64,000 bases of DNA from Akkermansia sp. (GTDB lineage Bacteria; Verrucomicrobiota; Verrucomicrobiia; Verrucomicrobiales; Akkermansiaceae). The position numbers and the translations under genes were made by a program. The stretch spans positions 34,239-98,238 of the forward strand of contig JAUNQN010000004.1 in assembly GCA_030536145.1 (NCBI GenBank). Direction: 5' to 3'. Below are positions 33,793 to 43,613 of this stretch, piece by piece (position 1 is the first letter of the stretch; each line of letters opens with the position of its first letter). The notes under the pieces were generated by a model. The model did not search any database. It had not been told where the DNA came from and saw nothing but the letters and a program-made list of their open reading frames with translations.

Positions 33793-34593
33793 CTACAGAG
33801 AGGTGAGGATGCGCAGCAGCTCGTCGTTGCCGTAGGCTGCCTCCTTCAGGATTCGGGAGACTTCCTTCTTTTCCTCCTCGCGGGCCTTTGCTCCCTGCTT
33901 GCGGTACTTCTCCGGCATCACGGCCATCATGTGGTTGATCAGGCTCATGTTCTCCGCGTAGGGGTGCTGCTTGCGGAAGGTCATGAACTCGTTGTCCAGG
34001 GAGCTGAGCTTGGGCGCCAGGTTGCGCACCTGCGGCAGGCATGCCTCTGCCGTGCGGGCATCCTTCACCTCCGCCAGGGCGCGGGTCAGCTTCTTGTGGG
34101 TGGCGGTTATCTTGCGGTAGTAGTCCTCCACCTTCTGCTTGTCCTCGTCGCTGGCGGCCTTGCCGGGTATGATTTCCATGCGGGCAACCATATCCGTGAT
34201 GGCGGCCTTGTTCGGGCCATCGTAGATGATGATGCGGCACTTGGCGCCCTCCGGGCCGCAGGGAAAGTCGTACATGTCCCCCGTGAGCCCCTTGTTCAGC
34301 TTGGCGTGCTTGCCCGCCATCTCCTTGCCGGCCACGGTGCCGCGCATGGGCGTGCCCTCGTGGTCGCCGTTCAGCTCCAGGGCGGAGTAGATGAGCAGCT
34401 GGGGCTTGTCTCCCTCCTGCACATAGAAGTAGCGCAGGTTCAGGCCGCCGTGGGATTGGATGCTGATGCCCGGCACCTTGGGAATGCGGAAGGTGGACCA
34501 GGACTCGAATGTGTCGTATGCCGCCGTATCCGCCGCCCAGGCGGCGGGGATGAGCAGGGCGGCTGCCAGGTTGCGCAGGGTGAATGTGTGCAT
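33793..34593 (-). CDS. secreted hypothetical protein, paralog B
   Basis: 266 aa from MHTFTLRNLAAALLIPAAWA. It has FPCGPEGAKCRIIIYDGP. The 437-aa ORF-track version reads through into the DUF456 gene region and is rejected. Confidence 0.7.
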   Translation of the reverse strand: MHTFTLRNLAAALLIPAAWAADTAAYDTFESWSTFRIPKVPGISIQSHGGLNLRYFYVQEGDKPQLLIYSALELNGDHEGTPMRGTVAGKEMAGKHAKLNKGLTGDMYDFPCGPEGAKCRIIIYDGPNKAAITDMVARMEIIPGKAASDEDKQKVEDYYRKITATHKKLTRALAEVKDARTAEACLPQVRNLAPKLSSLDNEFMTFRKQHPYAENMSLINHMMAVMPEKYRKQGAKAREEEKKEVSRILKEAAYGNDELLRILTSL

Positions 34594-34604
34594 ATTCAAG
34601 TAGG

Positions 34605-35117
34605 TTAGAGCATGAAAATCCAGCAGTAGGCAATCATGATGGCCGCCACCAGCGTGCGGCCCGCCACGCCGCCCACATAGCCCAGCGTGGCGCCTATGCC
34701 GGATACGGTGGATTTGCCCAGGCTGTGCCGCATGATGAGCACCTCTGCCAGGAAAGCCGCTATAAACGGCCCCGCCAGCAGGCCGATGGGCGCAAAGAAC
34801 GCACCCACGATGGCACCGGGGATGACCGCCCACATGGCGGCCTTTGAGCCGCCGAAGGTCTTGGCCCCGGCCATGGAGCACATGGTATCCACCACCATGC
34901 CCAGCGCCGTGAGCGCCGCCAGGATAACCCAATGCCACCAGGCCGGGTACGGGCTGCCGTGCCCCAGCACGGCACAGGTGCAGCCCGCCAGTACGCACAG
35001 GTGGCCGGGGAAAGGCAGCACGCAGCCCACCAGCCCCACGGCCGCCAGCACCAGGGCTGCCCCATACAGCAGCCCGGTGGTGCCGTAGCTCAGTACTGTC
35101 TCCCACATGGCGCGCAA
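34605..35117 (-). CDS. DUF456-like small membrane protein
   Basis: 170 aa with four hydrophobic segments. The FGGSKAAMWAVIPGAIVGAFF..GLLAGPFIAAFLAE pattern fits DUF456. The start could instead be the Met at 35108. Confidence 0.65.
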   Translation of the reverse strand: MRAMWETVLSYGTTGLLYGAALVLAAVGLVGCVLPFPGHLCVLAGCTCAVLGHGSPYPAWWHWVILAALTALGMVVDTMCSMAGAKTFGGSKAAMWAVIPGAIVGAFFAPIGLLAGPFIAAFLAEVLIMRHSLGKSTVSGIGATLGYVGGVAGRTLVAAIMIAYCWIFML

Positions 35118-35126
35118 CGAAGGTGC

Positions 35127-36962
35127 TTAGCCCAGCTGCTGCTCTGCAAAGCCGGCGCGCTTGCGGGCCGTGGCATCCAGCAGGCGCTTGCGCATGCGGA
35201 TGTTGTGCGGGGTGGCCTCCACCAGCTCGTCCGGCTCAATGTATTCAATGGCGCGCTCCAGGGAGAACACGCGCGGCGGCGTAAGCTGGATGGACACGTT
35301 CTTGTTGGCGGAGCGGTGGTTGGTCAGGTGCTTCTCCTTGGTGGGATTCACGGGAATGTCGATGGGCTTGGGATTCTCACCCACAATCATGCCTTCGTAC
35401 ACCTCGTCGCCCGGGCCCACGAAGAGCGTGCCGCGCTCCTCCATGGCCTGCAGGGCGTACGGGCTGGCCACGCCGTTCTCCATGGAGACCAGCGTGCTGC
35501 TCTGTCGGGTGGAAATCTCCCCGGCATACGGGGCGTACTCCTTGAACAGGTGGGAGAATATGCCGTGGCCGCTGGTCAGGTTCACCAGCTCAAACTCGAA
35601 ACCGATAAGGCCGCGCGTGGGAATGGTGGCCTGGATGTACGTGCGGCCCGTGCCGTTCGTCTCCATGTTCTCCAGTATGCCGCGGCGGTTGCCCAGGATG
35701 CGCACCGCACCGTTGGCGCACTCGTCCGGCACCTCGATGTACACCGTCTCGAACGGCTCGCACTTCACGCCGTCGATGTCGCGCAGGATTACCTTCGGGC
35801 GGGATACCAGCACCTCGTAGCTCTCACGGCGCATCTGCTCTACCAGGATGGCAATCTGCATGGTGCCGCGGGCGGATACCGTGAACACGCCCGCCAGGTC
35901 CGTGTCCTCCACCTTGATGGAGATATTCGTGCGCATCTCGCGCATCAGGCGCTCGCGGATGATGCGGCTGGTCACGTTCTTGCCGTCCTTGCCGCCCAGC
36001 GGGCCGTCGTTGATGCTGAACTCCATCTGCACCGTCGGCGGCTCAATCTCCACAAAGGGCAGGGGCTCGCCCTCCGGGTCGCCCACCAGCGTCTGGCCGA
36101 TGTCCACGTCCTCGAACCCGGACAGGCCGATGATGTTGCCGGCCTCTCCCACCGCGGATTCCGTGTTCTGCAGCCCGCTGTATTCAAAGAGCTTGGTCAC
36201 CTTGGCCGCCGTGCGGGTGCCGTCCTGGCGCACCAGGTACAGGGTATCACCCTTGCGCACGCTGCCGCTGCTGATACGGCCCACGGCCACGCGGCCCACG
36301 TAGTCGTCCCAGTCTATGTTGGAGATAAGCATGCGGAACGGCTTGTCCGGGTCCGCATCCGCCGGGGCGGGGATGTGCTTCACAATCTGGTAGAGCAGGG
36401 GCGTGCAGTCCACGGGGGGCTCGCCCTCCAGGCTGTTCATGAAATAGCCGTCGCGCGCAGAGCCGTACACAAACGGCGCCTCGAACTGCTCCTCCGTGGC
36501 ATCCAGCTCCAGCAGCAGCTCCAGCACCTGGTCGTGCACCTTGGCCGCATCCGCATGCGGGCGGTCTATCTTGTTCACCACCACAATGGGCAGCAGCCCC
36601 TCCTGCAGCGCCTTGCGCAGCACAAAACGCGTCTGCGCCTGCGGCCCCTCGTACGCATCCACCACCAGGATCACGCCGTCCACCATCTTCATCACGCGCT
36701 CCACCTCGGCGCCGAAATCCGCGTGCCCGGGCGTATCCACAATGTTGATGGTGTACCCGTTCCAGTGGATGGAGGTGTTCTTGGCCTTGATGGTGATGCC
36801 CTTCTCACGCTCCAGGTCCATGGAATCCATGGCGCGCTCCTGCACTTCCTGGTTTTCACGGTACGTGCCGCCGGCTTTCAGCAGCTGGTCCACCAGCGTG
36901 GTCTTGCCGTGGTCTACGTGGGCGATAATAGCGAGATTGCGGAATTTCGTGGGGTCACTCAT
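35127..36962 (-). CDS. typA: translational GTPase TypA/BipA
   Basis: 611 aa. NLAIIAHVDHGKTTLVD (G1), DTPGHADF (G3) and NKID (G4), plus EF-G-like domains. Confidence 0.95.
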   Translation of the reverse strand: MSDPTKFRNLAIIAHVDHGKTTLVDQLLKAGGTYRENQEVQERAMDSMDLEREKGITIKAKNTSIHWNGYTINIVDTPGHADFGAEVERVMKMVDGVILVVDAYEGPQAQTRFVLRKALQEGLLPIVVVNKIDRPHADAAKVHDQVLELLLELDATEEQFEAPFVYGSARDGYFMNSLEGEPPVDCTPLLYQIVKHIPAPADADPDKPFRMLISNIDWDDYVGRVAVGRISSGSVRKGDTLYLVRQDGTRTAAKVTKLFEYSGLQNTESAVGEAGNIIGLSGFEDVDIGQTLVGDPEGEPLPFVEIEPPTVQMEFSINDGPLGGKDGKNVTSRIIRERLMREMRTNISIKVEDTDLAGVFTVSARGTMQIAILVEQMRRESYEVLVSRPKVILRDIDGVKCEPFETVYIEVPDECANGAVRILGNRRGILENMETNGTGRTYIQATIPTRGLIGFEFELVNLTSGHGIFSHLFKEYAPYAGEISTRQSSTLVSMENGVASPYALQAMEERGTLFVGPGDEVYEGMIVGENPKPIDIPVNPTKEKHLTNHRSANKNVSIQLTPPRVFSLERAIEYIEPDELVEATPHNIRMRKRLLDATARKRAGFAEQQLG

Positions 36963-37001
36963 AACTGGTCTGCAGCACGCGCTCCGGCGTGCGGGCGCGG
37001 G

Positions 37002-37030
37002 ATTCTACCACACTTCCCCAGCCATGGAAA
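37002..37030 (-). promoter_or_regulatory. promoter of typA (TTTCCA-N17-TGTGG-TAGAAT)
   Basis: The reverse complement of 37002-37012 is TGTGGTAGAAT. The -35 TTTCCA lies at 37030-37025. The predicted leader is about 33 nt. Confidence 0.5.
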
Positions 37031-37089
37031 GCCTAAACACGCCCCGCACCCGCGGAAAACGGGATTTTTTTCGTTGGTTTTGCCCGCCG

Positions 37090-37110
37090 CCTAACAATTG
37101 GATTGTTAGG
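37090..37110. promoter_or_regulatory. perfect 9-bp inverted repeat CCTAACAAT-tgg-ATTGTTAGG in the typA/AP2-like divergent region
   Basis: Read directly from the sequence. It abuts a -35-like TTGCAT (37111-37116). An ACAAT/ATTGT half-site pair also occurs at 27008-27020. Confidence 0.5.
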
Positions 37111-37203
37111 TTGCATTGTGTGCGGGTGTGTGGCATTTTGTACGTGTCGGGCGCGGAGACTTGCCTTGCCTGACACCAATCCTAAACCAGAGATTACACA
37201 ACC

Positions 37204-37476
37204 ATGACACAGCGTAACATTACGCGATACACGTACGAGACGACCTCCTTCCAGGGGTGGAGGCTGAGTATCTGCCGCAAGTGGAACCAGTTCACCAAGT
37301 ACTTCTCTGACCGCCAGTACGGCACGGAGGAGGCCGCGCTCCAGGCTGCGCTAGAAATGCGCGACAATATCTACGCAGCCCTGCGCCAGACCCCCGACAA
37401 GCCCCGGGAGGTGTTTGAGCATTTCAAGAACCTGGATACAGCCCCCGCCCACCGCACGGCGGAGCACCATGGCTGA
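37204..37476 (+). CDS. small AP2-like DNA-binding domain protein
   Basis: 90 aa. FQGWRLSICRKWNQFTKYFSDRQYGTEEAALQAALEMRD resembles the AP2/integrase DNA-binding fold pattern (GW.a.I....k..lG.F.t.EeAa.A). A terminator follows. Confidence 0.55.
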   Translation: MTQRNITRYTYETTSFQGWRLSICRKWNQFTKYFSDRQYGTEEAALQAALEMRDNIYAALRQTPDKPREVFEHFKNLDTAPAHRTAEHHG

Positions 37477-37508
37477 CCGGGAAGCCGCCGGGACATGATT
37501 TCCACCGG

Positions 37509-37540
37509 GCCGCTGCGCTCCTGCGCGCAGCGGCTTTTTT
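37509..37540 (+). terminator. rho-independent terminator after the AP2-like gene
   Basis: Stem GCCGCTGCGC/GCGCAGCGGC (37509-37534), followed by TTTTTT (37535-37540). Confidence 0.8.
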
Positions 37541-37586
37541 CTACCAAGTTTGCAACTGCGGGGTGCGCGGCGGCATCACACCCCGT

Positions 37587-37805
37587 ATGGACGATGACAA
37601 GAATACAACGGTAACGGATGCGGCGGTGCAGGAGTTCAACACCAGCCTGTTCAAGGGCTGCCCTGCGGGTTCCGTGGAGCTGGCGTCAGAGCTTACGGAG
37701 CGCTCCCTGGGCTACCCGCTGAATGTGATGAGCCTGCTGTACTACGAGTGCGGCGACAGCGTGAAGATGGAGGACCCCCATGCCCCGGATGTACCCCGCA
37801 GTTGA
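37587..37805 (+). CDS. small hypothetical protein
   Basis: 72 aa from the ATG (the ORF track begins at a GTG at 37563). Third-position GC and codon choice look genuinely coding. No recognisable motif. Confidence 0.4.
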   Translation: MDDDKNTTVTDAAVQEFNTSLFKGCPAGSVELASELTERSLGYPLNVMSLLYYECGDSVKMEDPHAPDVPRS

Positions 37806-37923
37806 GCCTGCGTGGCTGCGCCCCGCGCCGGCCTGGCACCGCATGCCGCCCTGCCGCCGCGCCGCCAGCCTGTAGCTCCCCCGCACCGGCGCGGCGGGAT
37901 TGAGTCAGCACGGCTGATTTTGC

Positions 37924-39768
<1,845 letters not shown>

Positions 39769-40115
39769 TGCGGCTGACGGGTGGCGGGTTGTGCTGCACC
39801 ACGTCCGCCGTCAGGGTGGGGTTCCCGGGTTGGGTGGTGCACCCCGCCGGTTCCGCGGGCTGACGCGCCGTGGCTCCGGCCACCCCGCCGTTCGCCCGTC
39901 TCCGCTTCGCTTCCGCTTTCTCTGCGATACGCATCGTTCGGAGAAATCGGCACATTGGTAAGACTCAGCCAATCTTTATAGGATTGGGATACCTGTTTGC
40001 CTTGCGGCAGAGCCGTGCGGTGCCCCGCAAAAAAAAGGAACAGTCCCGTTTTTTTGCCTTGAGTTCTCGTGAAAAGGATTGTATCTTGAGGAAAAGATTT
40101 TTCACATTTTACACC

Positions 40116-43100
40116 ATGAACGAATATTTTTCCGTATCTCCGTCGGCTCCTGAACCGGATTCCACTTTCTCCAAGGTATACAACCGCCTGGATATGCGGT
40201 GCTACCGGGGTTACGGCGTGCCGCGCGATGCCGCTGTGGCTAGTTCCGCAGGGTGGTATGCCCGTGCGGCGGGGCAGGGGGATGTGATGGCCCAGGTTAC
40301 CCTGGCAGAGTGCTATGCAGCGGGGCAGGGTGTGGAGAAGGATGCCGCGCGGGCGGCAGAATGGTACGGAAAGGCAGCGGAGCAGGGGCATGCCGGGGCG
40401 CAGTATGCCATAGGCGATTGCTATGCCCGCGGCTTGGGTGTGGAGCAGGATGCCGCGAGAGCTGCGGAGTGGTACGCCAAATCCGCCATGCAGGGGGATG
40501 CCCGTGCGCAGTTTGCCATGGGAGAGTGCTGCAGCTCCGGGCAGGGAACCGCCTGTGACTTGGTTCAGGCGGCAGACTGGTATGCCAGGTCTGCCGCGCA
40601 GGGGTATGCCCCGGCGCAGTATGCCCTGGGTGCCATTTGCTTGGAGGGCCGTGGCCTGCCGCAGGAGCCTGCCAGGGCGGTGGAATACCTGGTCAAGGCG
40701 GCGGAGCAGGGTTATGCGCCTGCGCAGTACCGCCTGGGCTGGTGCTGTGTGGAGGGCGTGGGGCGGGAGGCGGATGCCGCTGCGGGGGCAGACTGGTACG
40801 CCCGCGCCGCCGCCCAGGGCCATGCCAAGGCGGAGAACCGCCTGGGCCAGTGCTGCTATTATGGCATAGGCATGCCGCAGGATATGGAGAAGGCTGCGGA
40901 GTGGTACGCAAAGGCGGCAGGGCAAGGGCTTGCCGAGGCCTGCTTCAACCTGGGCCGCTGCTATGCCTACGGTGAGGGCGTGGCCCGTGATGCCGCCCGT
41001 GCCGTGGAGTGGTACGCCAAGTCTGCGGAGCAGGGCTATGCCCTGGCTCAGTATGCCCTGGGCCGGTGCTATGAGACGGGCGAGGGCGTGGCCGCCGATG
41101 CCGGGCAGGCCGTGGATTGGTACACGAAGGCCGCGGAGCAGGGAGATGCCCCCGCCCAGTGCAGGCTGGGGCTCTGCTATGCAGAGGGGCGCGGCGTGGA
41201 GCAGGATGCCGCCCGTGCCGTGGAATGGTATACGCGTGCTGCGGAGCAGGAGTATCCCAAGGCGCAATACGCCCTGGCCACCGCCTGTGCGCAGGGTGAC
41301 CTGCTGCCCCCGGATATGGAACAGGCGGTGTCATGGTACATGAAGGCCGCGGACCTGGGTTACGCGGAGGCCCAGTATGCGCTGGGCGCCTGCTATGCAG
41401 AGGGCGTGTGCGTACCGCAGGATTTGGTCATGGCCATGAATTGGTACACGAAGGCGGCAGAGCAGGGGCATGCCCGCGCCCAGTACACCCTGGGCCGCTG
41501 CTGTATGACCGGGCTGGGCGTGGAGCATGATGCCGCCAAGGCCGCCGGCTGGTTTGAGCGCGCGGCCGTGCAGGGCTATGCCAAGGCGCAGAACCGCCTG
41601 GGGCTCTGCTACCATTCCGGGTACGGCGTGCCGCTGGATATTGCCCGTGCCGCAGAGTGGTATGCCAAGGCTGCGGAGCAGGGCGATGCGGAGGCCCAGT
41701 ACAACCTGGGCCGCTGCTGCATGTACGGCGAGGGTGTGCCCGCCGATGCCGCTCGCGCCGTGGACTTGTACAGCCGGGCCGCCGGGCAGGGCTATGCCCT
41801 GGCCCAGCTGGCCCTGGGGGTGTGCTATGAGCGCGGTGACGGTGTGGAGCCGGATGCCGTGAAGGCGGCAGGATATTACGTGCAGGCGGCTGCCCAGGGG
41901 GTGGCGCGCGCCCAGTTCTGCCTGGGCATGTGCTACAAGGACGGGCGCGGCGTGGAGCAGAGCGACGAGAAGGCCGCAGAGCTGTACAGGCAGGCGGCAG
42001 AGGGCGGCTATGCGCGCGCCCAGTACACCCTGGGCAGGTGCTATATCAAGGGGGAGCTGTTCCCCGTGGATGCATTCCTTTCCGCAGACTGGTACCGGCG
42101 CGCGGCGGAGCAGGGCTTTGCCGATGCCCAGTACGAGCTGGGCTTGTGCTATGCCAATGGCGGCGCGCTGCCGCGCAACTGCATCCAGGCCGTGGAGTGG
42201 TACACCAAGGCGGCGGAGCAGGGGCATGTGGATGCCCAGTACGCCCTGGCCGCCTGCTGGCACCAGGGGCTGGGAACGCCGCGCGACAGCGAGAAGGCGG
42301 TGGAATGGTACACCCGCGCCGCAGAGCAGGGGCACGCCCGCGCCCAGTATGCGCTGGGTACCTGCTATGCCGGGGGCGACGGCGTGACGCAGGACCCCGC
42401 CCGCGCCGCAGAGTGGTATGCTATCTCCGCAGGCTGGGGCTATGCCCGCGCCCAGACCGCCATGGGCCGCTGCTGCCTGGACGGCGCCGGCGTGGAGCAG
42501 GATGCCGCCAAGGCGATGGAGTGGTTCCAGAAAGCCGCGGAGCAGGATTTCCCGGAGGCCCAGTACCAGCTCGGTCTTTGCTTCTTCCAAGGCATAGGCG
42601 TGGAGCAGGATGCCGCCCGTGCCGCAGAGTGGTATGCCAGGGCCGCGGAGCTGGGGCATGCAGAGGCCCAGTTCTGCATAGGCCGCTGCTGCTATTACGG
42701 GGAAGGCGTGGGGCAGGACTATGCCAAGGCTGCGGAATGGTACACCAGGGCAGCCGAGCAGGGAGTGCTCCTGGCCCAGTTCGCCCTCGGCGTGAGCTAT
42801 GAGCAGGGCCTCGGCATGGAGCCCGATGCCGCCCAGGCCGCCTTCTGGTATTCCCGTGCCGCAGAGCAGGGATACGCCCGAGCGCAGTTCAACCTGGCCC
42901 TTTGCTATGAGCAGGGGCGCGGTGTTTTCCCCAATCCATCACAGGCCGTGGCCTGGTACCTGAAAGCCGCAGGGCAGGATTACGCCCGAGCCCAGTACAA
43001 TCTGGGGCTCTGCTACGGCAAGGGAAACGGGGTCACGCAGGATGCCGCCGCCGCCGTGAAATGGTACACCAAGGCTGCGGAACAGGGCAACGCGGAGGCA

Positions 43101-43532
43101 CAGCTCACCCTGGGCTACTGTTATGCAGAGGGCGAGGGCGTGCCGCAAGACCCCGCCAAGGCCGTGGAATGCTACACACTGGCGGCGGAACAGGGCAATG
43201 CAGAGGCCCAGCTGGCCCTGGCCTGCTGCTACGCAGACGGCGATGGTACGCCCAAGGACCCCGCCAAGGCCGTGGAATGGTATACCAGGGCCGCGGAGCA
43301 GGGCAATGCCTGGGCCCAGTTTGTCCTGGGGGTCTGCCATGAGCAGGGCGTGCTGGTGGACCGGGATGCCGCCAAGGCTGCGGAGTGGTATGCCAAGGCT
43401 GCGGAGCAGGGGCATGCCGATGCCCAGCAGAGCCTGGCCCGCTGCTATGCGGAGGGCAACGGCGTGCCCCAAGATGCCGCCAAGGCCGCCGAATGGGCCG
43501 CCAAGGCCATCGCCGCACCCGCAGGGACCTGA
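40116..43532 (+). CDS. giant Sel1-repeat protein (30 tandem 36-aa repeats), no signal peptide seen
   Basis: 1138 aa from MNEYFSVSPSAPEP. I counted 30 consecutive units of the form A.(E/D)WY.KAAEQG.A.AQ..LG.CY..G.GV.QD...A. Confidence 0.88.
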   Translation: MNEYFSVSPSAPEPDSTFSKVYNRLDMRCYRGYGVPRDAAVASSAGWYARAAGQGDVMAQVTLAECYAAGQGVEKDAARAAEWYGKAAEQGHAGAQYAIGDCYARGLGVEQDAARAAEWYAKSAMQGDARAQFAMGECCSSGQGTACDLVQAADWYARSAAQGYAPAQYALGAICLEGRGLPQEPARAVEYLVKAAEQGYAPAQYRLGWCCVEGVGREADAAAGADWYARAAAQGHAKAENRLGQCCYYGIGMPQDMEKAAEWYAKAAGQGLAEACFNLGRCYAYGEGVARDAARAVEWYAKSAEQGYALAQYALGRCYETGEGVAADAGQAVDWYTKAAEQGDAPAQCRLGLCYAEGRGVEQDAARAVEWYTRAAEQEYPKAQYALATACAQGDLLPPDMEQAVSWYMKAADLGYAEAQYALGACYAEGVCVPQDLVMAMNWYTKAAEQGHARAQYTLGRCCMTGLGVEHDAAKAAGWFERAAVQGYAKAQNRLGLCYHSGYGVPLDIARAAEWYAKAAEQGDAEAQYNLGRCCMYGEGVPADAARAVDLYSRAAGQGYALAQLALGVCYERGDGVEPDAVKAAGYYVQAAAQGVARAQFCLGMCYKDGRGVEQSDEKAAELYRQAAEGGYARAQYTLGRCYIKGELFPVDAFLSADWYRRAAEQGFADAQYELGLCYANGGALPRNCIQAVEWYTKAAEQGHVDAQYALAACWHQGLGTPRDSEKAVEWYTRAAEQGHARAQYALGTCYAGGDGVTQDPARAAEWYAISAGWGYARAQTAMGRCCLDGAGVEQDAAKAMEWFQKAAEQDFPEAQYQLGLCFFQGIGVEQDAARAAEWYARAAELGHAEAQFCIGRCCYYGEGVGQDYAKAAEWYTRAAEQGVLLAQFALGVSYEQGLGMEPDAAQAAFWYSRAAEQGYARAQFNLALCYEQGRGVFPNPSQAVAWYLKAAGQDYARAQYNLGLCYGKGNGVTQDAAAAVKWYTKAAEQGNAEAQLTLGYCYAEGEGVPQDPAKAVECYTLAAEQGNAEAQLALACCYADGDGTPKDPAKAVEWYTRAAEQGNAWAQFVLGVCHEQGVLVDRDAAKAAEWYAKAAEQGHADAQQSLARCYAEGNGVPQDAAKAAEWAAKAIAAPAGT

Positions 43533-43561
43533 CCTCCGTTCCTCTGCACGTGAACATGAAC

Positions 43562-43597
43562 CCGCGCCCCCGCAACCATACGGCTGCGGGGGCGCGG
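43562..43597. terminator. 13-bp-stem hairpin between convergent Sel1 and IdeS-like genes
   Basis: CCGCGCCCCCGCA (43562-43574) pairs with TGCGGGGGCGCGG (43585-43597). No clear T-tract on either side. Confidence 0.55.
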
Positions 43598-43613
43598 TGT
43601 GATGCAAAAACTG

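Noticed and set aside
33793-35106. 437-aa ORF joining paralog B to sequence overlapping the DUF456 gene
   Set aside because: The upstream 171 codons are Gly/Arg/His-rich with no features. They overlap a convincing membrane-protein frame. The Met at 34593 is followed by a signal peptide and aligns with the start of paralog A.
40116-43532. Regular 108-nt periodicity that could be mistaken for a CRISPR or satellite array
   Set aside because: The period is in-frame coding sequence for 36-aa Sel1 repeats. There is no repeat/spacer alternation, and no cas genes occur in the window.
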